Source of the DNA: Candidatus Nealsonbacteria bacterium DGGOD1a
GTDB taxonomy: Bacteria; Patescibacteriota; Minisyncoccia; Minisyncoccales; UBA5738
Direction of reading: 5' to 3'
Length of the DNA stretch: 64,000 nucleotides
Assembly (NCBI GenBank): GCA_022530585.1
Contig: CP092821.1
Location: 1,025,509 to 1,089,508, forward strand
The notes below the pieces were generated by a model, which ran no database searches, had not been told where the DNA came from, and saw only the letters and a list, made by a program, of their open reading frames with translations. A program made the position numbers and the translations under genes. Below, in pieces: positions 1 to 8,058 of the stretch (the first letter of the stretch is position 1; each line of letters opens with the position of its first letter).

Positions 1-391
1 AAAGATTGAAAATAAAAATACGCCCGACCAAATATTTGATCGCGTTAACCGACAAATCGATTGCCGACGATCCCGATATCAAAATTTTTATTTTCCGCGT
101 ATCGAAAATGTATTTAAGTTTTTTTCCGCCGTTTCTCGAATACTGAAATTCGTCAATAAACAGGTATTTATAATTCTTCGCGTAAAGATTTATAAAATCA
201 TCGATGTTCTTATTAAAGAGACCGAGAGCGACCCGATCTTCAAAACTGATAAAATTTGCGCCCGAAAGGCCGGAAAATATCTTTTTTAACATTGTGGTTT
301 TGCCGCACTGCCGCGGACCCATAATGGCGATAATTTCCGGCTTATCGAGATATTTGTTAATCTTACCCTCTAATTTGCGCTTAATATACAT
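1..391 (-). CDS. AAA+ ATPase (AAA_14/DUF4143-type), N-terminal part; gene runs off left edge
   Basis: Own minus-strand translation from ATG 391..389: MYIKRKLEGKINKYLDKPEIIAIMGPRQCGKTTMLKK...YLFIDEFQY. Walker A GPRQCGKT and Walker B-like hhhDE. Open to the window edge, so absent from the ORF track. Confidence 0.75.
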   Translation of the reverse strand, partial: MYIKRKLEGKINKYLDKPEIIAIMGPRQCGKTTMLKKIFSGLSGANFISFEDRVALGLFNKNIDDFINLYAKNYKYLFIDEFQYSRNGGKKLKYIFDTRKIKILISGSSAIDLSVNAIKYLVGRIFIFNL

Positions 392-881
392 AATTTCACT
401 AAAATTTAACTATAGTTACATTTTAGTACAAACTAAAATTAATATCAAGTTCTTATTCATTAACCAATCTAGTACCATTAAAACATTTGGCGGGATTTTT
501 TGACATTATACTCTGAAAGGGTTGGACCCTTTCAGAGAGTTCGTTCCTCCGGACACCTTCATAAAATAAAATTTGCAATGCTTTAAGCATTCCAAAAATA
601 AAGCCCAATAGTGGATTGATACTACTCCGAAAATTTAAACGACATTACAGTTAATCAATCCCCCAAACTCCCCCGCCAAACCCAAACGCCTCAAAAGGCG
701 TTTTTTGTTTTTCTCGCTCCCCCGCTTGAAAAAGCTCGCGATTTTATTTTTTGAAATTCTGGATTGCCCGTGTCTTCACAGTTTATAATTCTTGCGCTTG
801 CGCGAAATGTCAAAACAAATAAATCATTAAAATGCGACATTATGTTTGAAATTTGATATTATCCAAAATAATGGATAGCAA

Positions 882-1625
882 ATGAAAGAAGAAATTAAAA
901 TAATTCCAAAAAAAGAAATGCCTTCAATGAGAAGGAAAATTAACGCGCTGGCAAGAGCGTCTTATCCTGATTTTGTTTTATGGGAAAATGCCACATTGCA
1001 ATATTGGGATAAAATATATTCCGATTTTATTGACTATCAGATTATTTTTTACGCGGGGCAAAAACTGGCGGCAATCGTCAATTCCATCCCTGTTTTTGTG
1101 CCGGACAAAACTATCTCGCTCCCCGACGAGGGATGGGATTGGGCTTTGGCCACCGGCTGTAATCAGCACGATGAAAAAATCAAACCAAACACACTCATAG
1201 GATTGTCAATAGTGGTTGCTCCAGAAATGCGCGGGGCCGGATTGGGCAAACTTTGTCTTTTGGAATTTAAAAATCTGGCCAAACGGAAAAATCTAAAAAA
1301 AGCTTACATCCCGGTACGGCCAACCAAAAAAGCCGACTTTCCAAAAATCCCTTTTGGCAAGTACATCAACAAAAAAGCCGACGGCAAATATCTTGATCCG
1401 TGGCTTAACTTGCATTACAGATCAGGCGGTAAATTTATCGGAATTTGCCGCAAATCAATGAGGACCGAAACGGACATTAAAACATGGGAAAGCTGGACCG
1501 GCAAAAAATTTGCCAAAAGCGGGAAATATGAAATTAAAGGCGCATTGAGCAAAATAATTATTAACAAGAAAAACGACAAAGGCATTTATCTTGAACCGAA
1601 TGTCTGGATAGAACATACCGTTTAG
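882..1625 (+). CDS. GNAT-like acetyltransferase with C-terminal extension
   Basis: 247-aa ORF. VVAPEMRGAGLGK resembles the R/Q-x-x-G-x-G/A acetyl-CoA motif of the GNAT fold. Motif-level call only. Confidence 0.5.
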   Translation: MKEEIKIIPKKEMPSMRRKINALARASYPDFVLWENATLQYWDKIYSDFIDYQIIFYAGQKLAAIVNSIPVFVPDKTISLPDEGWDWALATGCNQHDEKIKPNTLIGLSIVVAPEMRGAGLGKLCLLEFKNLAKRKNLKKAYIPVRPTKKADFPKIPFGKYINKKADGKYLDPWLNLHYRSGGKFIGICRKSMRTETDIKTWESWTGKKFAKSGKYEIKGALSKIIINKKNDKGIYLEPNVWIEHTV

Positions 1626-1737
1626 CTTTTGAATATGGCTTTGGCTTAAACCTTGGGAAGATTATTAATGTCTTAGTAATTCGTGATCCTTAAAAAATCA
1701 GAAGGTTAGGCCCTCTGATTTTTTAACAAAATACTGG

Positions 1738-1980
1738 TTGCGAGTTGAGAGATTTCCGGCCTACGCGCCCGAGCTTAATCCCGTTGAATATTTTTGGGCG
1801 GCAATGAAAAACAAATATGTCTGCAACTTGCGGCCGCAAGGCCTGCCCGCCCTGGGGCGGGCGGTCAAATCCGGCAAACGCAAGATCGCCGGAGACAAAG
1901 AATTAATGAAAGGATTTTTAAAATCTTCCGAATTGTATTTATATGATATCCAATCTATTATGCGAAGATCGATAGTTTAA
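1738..1980 (+). pseudogene. IS630/Tc1-mariner-type transposase C-terminal remnant
   Basis: 80-aa frame with FPAYAPELNPVEYFWAAMK, the last DDE block (PELNPxE). No upstream catalytic region and a non-ATG start. Confidence 0.6.
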
Positions 1981-3677
1981 TTCCGGTTCGCGGATTCGCG
2001 GCCGGCACGGATGGCCAGGCCGATCACGGCGATGGCGGCGGCAAGGGACAAAACGATCGAAAACACGGCCCAAAACATAAAATCGCTTTTGAATTCCTGC
2101 ACATTTGCCGGCGGCGCGGCAATTTTATTTGTCGTCGCGCGCGCGACGCTGGCGCCGGCCTTGATGAAAACAAATTCTTCGGAACGGGCAACGATTTCTC
2201 CCGCGGTATCGGACAAAACCGCGTAAACCGAATGCCGGCCATCGGCCAAAGCGCGGTCAAGGATATATGCCCAACGACCGGAAGCGTCCGCCTTCACCAT
2301 CGCGACTATCGGCACCGAATAAATATAAATCGCCGCGAACGCGTTCGGCAAAGCCCGGCCTTCAAAACGAATGCCCAAACCGCCGTCGCCGAGCTTGATC
2401 GTTTCGACATTTTCCACTCCGTAAATATCGGTTTTTAACGGCGGCGGCAAACGCGGATCGTTAAAATCGATTTTCGCGAATTCATCGGGTTTCAGAGGAT
2501 CATAACCGCGGGAAATTTCGTCGCCGTCGAGCGCGCCGTCGCCATCGGTATCGGGATTTGAAGGATCGGCGCCCGTCTGAATTTCCCGATCATCGGCCAA
2601 GCCGTCGCCGTCGGTATCATTGAGAAGAGTTTCCCATTCTTTGATGTTTTCTTTTTCCTGTCGGGATATCTCATTTTCAAGATCGGCCAATATTCGGCCA
2701 ACGCTTTCATCCCCGGCCGCGGCCGTTAAAATCGAACCGGTCAAATTACGCTTTTCGGCGATTTTTTGTTCCAAACCTTCCTCATCCGCCGCGATTTTGG
2801 CGCCAATCCGCATGATTTGGTTTCTGTAATTTTCCAGTTCATTTAATTTTTCATTTTTAATCGACTGCAAAACATTTTCCGAAAAATTAGCGACATCGTC
2901 TTCAAGCCGGCGAACACGGATGTCGATATCGCTTCGTTGCTCCTCGAGCTTTTCCAGCGAATAGCCAAGCTGTTCGATTGCCGCGACAATATCGGCAATT
3001 TGAAAAATGATTTCAACTTGGCCATTGCCGATTTTCGCGGCAATCGCGTCCGCGGCGGCTTTAACTCTCTGCCGGGAAAATTCCCGGCCTTGAACGATTG
3101 CTTGATTGCTCCGGCGGATATTTTCCGTGATTATGGCATTCCGGCCGTCGGCGGCGGCCGCTTCGTTGTCGATCTCAACCCTGATTGAAGAACTGTCGTA
3201 TATTTTTCCGCTCCGATATATCCGGCCGCGGATATCGTAAATTCCGTTTGGCAAAATTTGTCCGTTGAAATCCAATTTATATTTCCAAATCCCTTCCCTT
3301 CCCGGCAAGGCTTTCCCGATATGCAAAACCGTTGCCGGCACCCGACCTTGGGCATAGAAAAAAACTTCATCGGCGTTGGCGGCTTTTAATTGCAACTCAA
3401 CGCCCATTTCATCTTTTGCCGCCGCCGGCGCCGCTTCAAACTCCGGCAAAACGGCGGCCGCGCCAAAATCGATTTCACTTTCCGCGGCGTTTCCCGTATC
3501 GCCGGTACCTCCACCGCTCTCCCCGCCCGATAAAATTGGCGCGCTCAAATCGGCCCGCATACCGGTAAAATCCGGTTTTGGCGCGGAAAAGAAACCGCGC
3601 GAGCCCGGCAAAACGAACGCGCCGCAAACGAATGACAAAAACGCGATTGAAGATAAAATTGTTTTCGCGAAATTCAT
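1977..3677 (-). CDS. Secreted/anchored surface protein with thrombospondin type-3-like Ca-binding repeats
   Basis: 566-aa ORF with an N-terminal signal-like segment, a coiled-coil middle, DTDGDGLADD...DTDGDGALDGDE, and a C-terminal hydrophobic anchor. Confidence 0.7.
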   Translation of the reverse strand: MNFAKTILSSIAFLSFVCGAFVLPGSRGFFSAPKPDFTGMRADLSAPILSGGESGGGTGDTGNAAESEIDFGAAAVLPEFEAAPAAAKDEMGVELQLKAANADEVFFYAQGRVPATVLHIGKALPGREGIWKYKLDFNGQILPNGIYDIRGRIYRSGKIYDSSSIRVEIDNEAAAADGRNAIITENIRRSNQAIVQGREFSRQRVKAAADAIAAKIGNGQVEIIFQIADIVAAIEQLGYSLEKLEEQRSDIDIRVRRLEDDVANFSENVLQSIKNEKLNELENYRNQIMRIGAKIAADEEGLEQKIAEKRNLTGSILTAAAGDESVGRILADLENEISRQEKENIKEWETLLNDTDGDGLADDREIQTGADPSNPDTDGDGALDGDEISRGYDPLKPDEFAKIDFNDPRLPPPLKTDIYGVENVETIKLGDGGLGIRFEGRALPNAFAAIYIYSVPIVAMVKADASGRWAYILDRALADGRHSVYAVLSDTAGEIVARSEEFVFIKAGASVARATTNKIAAPPANVQEFKSDFMFWAVFSIVLSLAAAIAVIGLAIRAGRESANRN

Positions 3678-3691
3678 AATTATATTATACC

Positions 3692-4591
3692 TTGGACGGC
3701 GGCAATTTTGAAAATAAAGAGAAAAAGAATAAAATGAAGTTAATGTCCGCGAATATTAATTTTGACGCCGCTCTCTTCGCCCTGGCAAACATATCAAATG
3801 CCGCGGGATCGTTTTTGATTTATCTCGCCGCGGGGGTTTTGCCGTGTTTTCTCTGGCTTCTTTTTTATCTGCGGCGCGATCGGCACCCGGAACCGAAAAG
3901 GGAAATCATCTGGGTTTTCGGGCTGGGAGCTCTGGCAACCTTGCCCGCGGTTTTAATCGAAATTTTTCTGATCAATGTATTTGGATTTTTCGGCCTGCCC
4001 GGATACATCTCGCTGATCGCCACGAATATCGTTGCCGTGGCGTTCATTGAAGAATTCGCCAAATACGCCGCCGTCTGGATAAGAGAGGAAGCCGCCAATC
4101 AAAACCGCCATCTGGACGAACCGGCGGATTTTGTAATCTATATGACGGTCGCCGCGCTGGGGTTCGCCGCGGTTGAAAATCTTTTGTTTCTGCTTCCCAC
4201 GGTGCGAGAACAACTGATGGGAAGCGCCACCCTTCTGAAAAACGGCGGCGCGGCTTTTTTGATATCGCTGTCGCTGTTCCGGTCGATAAGCGCGATTCTG
4301 TTGCACACCCTGTGCTCGGGAGTCATCGGCTACCATATGGCCGCGGCGTTCTGCCACAGAGAAAGAAAAATCGGCATATTGGCCGCCGGATTTTTCATTG
4401 TCAGTTGCTTGCACGGCCTGTATAATTTTTCTATAATGGAAAGCGAGAACAACATATTGTTTTTGTTTGTCCCGCTGGCAATAATACTGTCGCTGTCCTT
4501 GACTCTCTATATCCAATTCCAGTGGCTGTTGCGGATGAAAAGCGTGTGCAACATAAAAAATGCAAGATTAAAAAATCAAAATGGAAAATGA
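3692..4591 (+). CDS. PrsW-family intramembrane protease-like membrane protein
   Basis: 299-aa polytopic ORF with FIEEFAKY and LHTLCSG / LHGLYNF motifs typical of PrsW-type proteases. The true start may be the internal MKLMSAN. Confidence 0.55.
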   Translation: MDGGNFENKEKKNKMKLMSANINFDAALFALANISNAAGSFLIYLAAGVLPCFLWLLFYLRRDRHPEPKREIIWVFGLGALATLPAVLIEIFLINVFGFFGLPGYISLIATNIVAVAFIEEFAKYAAVWIREEAANQNRHLDEPADFVIYMTVAALGFAAVENLLFLLPTVREQLMGSATLLKNGGAAFLISLSLFRSISAILLHTLCSGVIGYHMAAAFCHRERKIGILAAGFFIVSCLHGLYNFSIMESENNILFLFVPLAIILSLSLTLYIQFQWLLRMKSVCNIKNARLKNQNGK

Positions 4592-4685
4592 CAATTCAAA
4601 GTAAAGTTACAAAATGTCAAAATCACGGCATTTTAACATTTTACATTGTCATTTAAATCTTTGATATTTACATTTTAAATTCACC
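4556..4685 (+). repeat. Family-A upstream module (copy upstream of hsp20)
   Basis: Aligns by eye with 32269-32412 and 37425-37565 (reverse complement). Shared parts are AAAAATCAAAATGGAAAATGACAAT, CGGCATTTTAACATTTTACATTGTCATT and TTTGATATTTACATTTT, ending about 10 nt before the ATG. Confidence 0.7.
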
Positions 4686-5402
4686 ATGTCTTTCCTTGAA
4701 AAACTGCAAAAGGGAATGCGCGAAACCGCGCCCGAGGAAAACGCGGAAAACGCCGGCATTGACAATATTGAAGAAAGCCAACCGCAAGAAATCGCGGCGG
4801 AAGCGGTTTTCGCTTCTTATAAAAGCGAAAACGCGGATATTTCCGGCAAAAACGACTCCCGCGGCCGGGAACCGGCGGCGGTAAAAAAAACCCGCGGCCG
4901 GCCGAAGAAAATGATCACCGCCAATAATTTGGATGAAATAACCGAAACAACCCAGCCACCCGCCGAAGATAAAGCGGCGGAAACGAAAAATTACTCTCAA
5001 AATGATCCCAAAAAAAATATGGCGAATAAAAAAATAATCGTAGCGGATGATGGCGCCGAAAGCCAGTGGCTGGACAACGAAGGCCGACTCGCCGTCAATG
5101 TTTACCAAACTGAAAACGATCTGGTCTTGCAATCGGCGATTGCCGGCATAAAAGTGGAAGACCTTGATGTGCTTATCGAAGACGATGTCATCACCATTAA
5201 AGGCAACCGCGCCAATCCCCTCGAAGAAACCGGCGATTACTTTATCGAAGAATGCTATTGGGGTCCATTCTCGCGCAAGATTATCCTTCCCGCGGAAGTT
5301 GATTCCTCCCGCGCCGACGCGGCGATGAAAGACGGCATCCTGACCATCCGCATCCCCAAAATCCAACGCGAAAAGAAAAAGAAACTCACCATCAAAGAAT
5401 AA
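4686..5402 (+). CDS. hsp20: Hsp20/alpha-crystallin small heat-shock protein with long acidic N-terminal extension
   Basis: C-terminal ACD: LAVNVYQTENDLVLQSAIAGIKVEDLDVLIEDDVITIKGNR...GILTIRIPK. Confidence 0.9.
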   Translation: MSFLEKLQKGMRETAPEENAENAGIDNIEESQPQEIAAEAVFASYKSENADISGKNDSRGREPAAVKKTRGRPKKMITANNLDEITETTQPPAEDKAAETKNYSQNDPKKNMANKKIIVADDGAESQWLDNEGRLAVNVYQTENDLVLQSAIAGIKVEDLDVLIEDDVITIKGNRANPLEETGDYFIEECYWGPFSRKIILPAEVDSSRADAAMKDGILTIRIPKIQREKKKKLTIKE

Positions 5403-5406
5403 TCCG

Positions 5407-5436
5407 AAAAAAACCACCTTTTATGGTGGTTTTTCT
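5407..5436 (+). terminator. Rho-independent terminator of hsp20
   Basis: AAACCACC-TTTTAT-GGTGGTTT stem-loop followed by a T-rich run, directly after the hsp20 stop. Confidence 0.7.
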
Positions 5437-5599
5437 TTAAATCAAAATGTAAATATCAAAGATTAAAATAACAAATTATTTTGAATTACAAAACCCTTTG
5501 TATTTGGGGTCTATCCCTCGCGCTTGTCCCGAGGCTTTTGCGAGGGATAATCGCAAGGGTCAGACCCCTTCAATGATACTTGAATTCAATGGTTTCTTA

Positions 5600-5643
5600 G
5601 CTGGAGGAGAGATTTGAACTCTCACAGGTTTCCCCACCCCGCC
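5600..5643 (-). other. tRNA-like 3-prime half (Leu-like variable arm, T-arm, acceptor)
   Basis: The reverse complement reads GGCGGGGTGGGGAAACCTGTGAGAGTTCAAATCTCTCCTCCAGC. It has a T-arm GAGAG-TTCAAAT-CTCTC and no 5-prime partner adjacent. Confidence 0.5.
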
Positions 5644-5649
5644 TTTCTT

Positions 5650-5734
5650 TGGTGTCGAGAGGGAGACTCGAACTCCCATGGGTCACCCCACTAGCTCCTA
5701 AGGCTAGCGCGTCTACCGATTTCGCCATCTCGAC
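5650..5734 (-). tRNA. tRNA-Leu(UAG), CCA encoded
   Basis: Hand-folded cloverleaf: acceptor GTCGAGA/TCTCGAC, anticodon stem CTAGC/GCTAG, loop CTTAGGA, long variable arm, T-arm GGGAG-TTCGAGT-CTCCC, then ACCA. Confidence 0.85.
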
Positions 5735-5750
5735 ATTATTATTATATTTC

Positions 5751-5783
5751 GGCGGGGCGCGTCTGCCGTTCCGCCACTCCGGC
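5751..5783 (-). other. tRNA-like 5-prime half (Leu-like acceptor and D-arm)
   Basis: The reverse complement reads GCCGGAGTGGCGGAACGGCAGACGCGCCCCGCC. Its acceptor pairs with CTCCAGC of 5600-5606 (one mismatch). CCCCGCC pairs with GGCGGGG at 5637-5643. Confidence 0.5.
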
Positions 5784-5880
5784 GTTTGTTTGCTCTATCA
5801 ATTTATTTAAACCATTAACGCTGAAAAGTAAAATTTTTATTCTTTTTATACCCCGTCCGCTTGCTGCGGGGTATGAAAAG

Positions 5881-6013
5881 AATCAAAAATATATTTTCCA
5901 AATGTATTTCGTCGAGCGGGGTATGAACCCCGCACGACGACCAAAGGGGGCACCCCTTTGGAATCCTCTTGGTGCACCCCGGGGCAAAGCCCCGAGGTAT
6001 TGCACTCAATAAA
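5881..6013. repeat. 133-bp structured repeat, copy 1 (identical to 23387-23519)
   Basis: Read by eye as 133/133 identical to copy 2. Three GC-rich hairpins: GCGGGG..CCCCGC, CCAAAGGGG..CCCCTTTGG, and CCCCGGGGC..GCCCCGAGG inside GTGCA..TGCAC. Confidence 0.8.
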
Positions 6014-6057
6014 AAATGAGCCTTACGGCCCATTTTCAATTCGCGAAATAACTCTCG

Positions 6058-6426
6058 CTAACCATTGCTAATCGCGCTGAGAACCAGCGAAATAATACCT
6101 TTCGCCAGCAACGCCACCACAATGCCGATCGCGGCAAACATTATTCTCTGCCGCGCCGTGTTAATCTTTTCCGTATCGCCCGACGATGTCACAAAAGTAT
6201 AACCGGCCCAGATCACATAAAATACCGCGATAATTATCAATATTCCAATCGCGTAATTCGCGACCGTGTTAAGGGTCTGGTCAAGCGGCTGATCCGACAT
6301 TTTAACATTTTTGCCAATATCTCCCGCCAAACTGCTGTCGGCTTTCGGCGTAATGGAATCAGCGGCAAAAATCAACGCGGGCGCCATCAATAAACTTAAC
6401 AATAAAGAAGCGATTATTTTTTTCAT
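6058..6426 (-). CDS. TrbC/VirB2-like pilin-type small membrane protein (paralog 1 of 3)
   Basis: 122 aa with a signal peptide plus two hydrophobic helices joined by a short charged loop (TSSGDTEKINTARQRI). Architecture-level call. Confidence 0.45.
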   Translation of the reverse strand: MKKIIASLLLSLLMAPALIFAADSITPKADSSLAGDIGKNVKMSDQPLDQTLNTVANYAIGILIIIAVFYVIWAGYTFVTSSGDTEKINTARQRIMFAAIGIVVALLAKGIISLVLSAISNG

Positions 6427-6513
6427 TTTTTTGCTTTAAAACTGTTACTTTAATATCTATATATTTATTCTAATCTCCGGCAACGAAATTTGCAATAGCC
6501 CGCAAATCGCGTT

Positions 6514-6906
6514 TTATTCGGTTTGCTCAACCTCCTGCTCCGAACCGCTTGAAGTTGAACTCCCTTGGCCGGATAAACCGGTGGCGATGCTCACGATTGT
6601 CGCCGCCAACCCGGCCACGATCAAACCGATAACCGCGTAAGTGATGGTTTTCTTGGCGGTTTCGGTTTTTTTCTCGTCGCCGCTGGAAGTGACATATTGA
6701 AACGCGCCCCAAAGAATCATAAATACCGAAGCGATAATCACCGCGCCGAAGAAAAGATTGCGCACATTGATCAAAACTTCTTCAAGATTGACCTCTTTTA
6801 CTTCTTGGCCGATCGCGCCGACGCCGGTATCGGCCGCAAAAATTAAAGCTGGGATCAATAATCCGATCGCGGGTACAATCAATTTTTTCTTCAAAAAATT
6901 TTTCAT
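6514..6906 (-). CDS. TrbC/VirB2-like pilin-type small membrane protein (paralog 2 of 3)
   Basis: 130 aa with the same architecture (TSSGDEKKTETAKKTI loop) and an acidic Ser-rich tail. Confidence 0.45.
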   Translation of the reverse strand: MKNFLKKKLIVPAIGLLIPALIFAADTGVGAIGQEVKEVNLEEVLINVRNLFFGAVIIASVFMILWGAFQYVTSSGDEKKTETAKKTITYAVIGLIVAGLAATIVSIATGLSGQGSSTSSGSEQEVEQTE

Positions 6907-6925
6907 ATTTATTTATTAGTTTTGA

Positions 6926-7294
6926 TTATTCGCCTTCAACGCCCAAAATTCCCTTGATAACCGCCACAAATGTGCTCGAGAGCGCGATGATCACCAAGCC
7001 GACCAAAGCGTAAGTGATTTTTTGCCGGCCTTCTTTGATTTTAGTGTCCGCGCCGGCCGCGGTCGCGATCTCAAACCCGCCCCAAATAATGAAAATCGGG
7101 CAAATCAGCAGCGCGAGTCCGAAAACGAAATTTATCAATCCTTGGATGATATCGGTCAAATCCTTATCGCCCAAAGGATTGGTAATCGTTACCGTGTCGC
7201 CGGTTTCCTCCGCCGCAAGCGCCGAATTGGCGCAGGATAAACCAATAACCGCGGCCGCGACAGTTTTGGAAAACATTTTTTCAAGATATTGCAT
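6926..7294 (-). CDS. TrbC/VirB2-like pilin-type small membrane protein (paralog 3 of 3)
   Basis: 122 aa with the same architecture (TAAGADTKIKEGRQKI loop). Confidence 0.45.
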   Translation of the reverse strand: MQYLEKMFSKTVAAAVIGLSCANSALAAEETGDTVTITNPLGDKDLTDIIQGLINFVFGLALLICPIFIIWGGFEIATAAGADTKIKEGRQKITYALVGLVIIALSSTFVAVIKGILGVEGE

Positions 7295-7314
7295 ATTTTA
7301 TTGTTAGACCTTGT

Positions 7315-7848
7315 TCATTTTTTCTCGAAAACCATGCCAAAATGGAAACTCCCGGCTTCAAATTCGCTTGCCAAGGCAAAGCCCGCGGCCCGGGCGATAT
7401 CTTTAACCTCTTGGGGCGATATCTTGTCCGCCGGACCGATTGCCGCGTTCTTCGCGTTCTTGTTCCAGTCGACCGCCAGAACCTTGCCGCCGGTTTTCAA
7501 AACCCGGAATGCCTCGGCGAATATCGCTTTTTTATCGCCGGCCTGGAACAACAGGTTGCTCATTAACACCACATCCAATGAATTGGCAAGCAAACGCGAA
7601 ACTAATTTTTCAACATCTCCCTTAACGATTTCTATGTTCTCCAGATTTTTTATCCTAGCCTTGCTGCGCACCGCCGACAGCGATTCGTCCAGCAAATCAA
7701 TGGCGTAAACTTTGCCATTCACCAAAACTTCGGCCAGCGCCGCCGCCCATTCCCCCGAACCGCAACCAAAATCCGCGGCCAGCATATTCCTCTTCAGCTG
7801 CAGCCGCTCGGCTAAAATTTGTCTGGGATTTACAAAAGAGGAAACCAT
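7315..7848 (-). CDS. Class I SAM-dependent methyltransferase
   Basis: 177 aa with motif I ADFGCGSGEW and post-I D (AIDL). Confidence 0.75.
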   Translation of the reverse strand: MVSSFVNPRQILAERLQLKRNMLAADFGCGSGEWAAALAEVLVNGKVYAIDLLDESLSAVRSKARIKNLENIEIVKGDVEKLVSRLLANSLDVVLMSNLLFQAGDKKAIFAEAFRVLKTGGKVLAVDWNKNAKNAAIGPADKISPQEVKDIARAAGFALASEFEAGSFHFGMVFEKK

Positions 7849-7867
7849 AAATTAATAATTTGGTTGC

Positions 7868-8040
7868 CTAATTACTTTAAATTGCGAAACAGCGAATTTT
7901 GAAATCAATTTTTTTGCGTAATCGCCAAAAATTTGATTTCAGAATTCGCGCGGTAACCGCCGCGTTTGGTGAAAATTGACTTCCCAAAAGCTGAAGTCAA
8001 ATTTCCCCAAACGCTAATTTCGTAATTTAATTTAATTATA
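7868..8040. repeat. Family-B nested palindromic element (variant with two inner hairpins)
   Basis: Outer arms TTAAATTGCGAAAC / ATTTCGTAATTTAA. Inner hairpins AGCGAATTTTGAAATCAATTTTT..AAAAATTTGATTTCAGAATTCGCG and GCGTTTGGTGAAAATTGACTTC..GAAGTCAAATTTCCCCAAACGC. Confidence 0.65.
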
Positions 8041-8058
8041 TTTTACCGCGGTCAAAAT

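Noticed and set aside
204-503. 99-aa plus-strand ORF from the track
   Set aside because: It lies antisense to a well-supported AAA ATPase gene (Walker A/B read on the minus strand), and its product is low-complexity.
4668-5417. 249-aa minus-strand ORF
   Set aside because: It is a mirror frame of the hsp20 gene. The product is Phe/Gly/Arg-rich nonsense with no motif, while hsp20 has a clear alpha-crystallin domain.
5644-5750. Possibility that the insert in the outer Leu-like tRNA is a self-splicing (group I) tRNA intron
   Set aside because: The insert is only 107 nt and is almost entirely a canonical tRNA-Leu plus AT spacers. That is far too small for a group I or II intron, and none of their conserved elements are present.
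5815-6039. 74-aa ORF, and its twin at 23285-23515, running through the 133-bp repeat
   Set aside because: The shared part is 100 percent identical at the nucleotide level and consists of three GC hairpins. The two ORFs diverge completely outside the repeat. This is better explained as a structured repeat than as a coding sequence.
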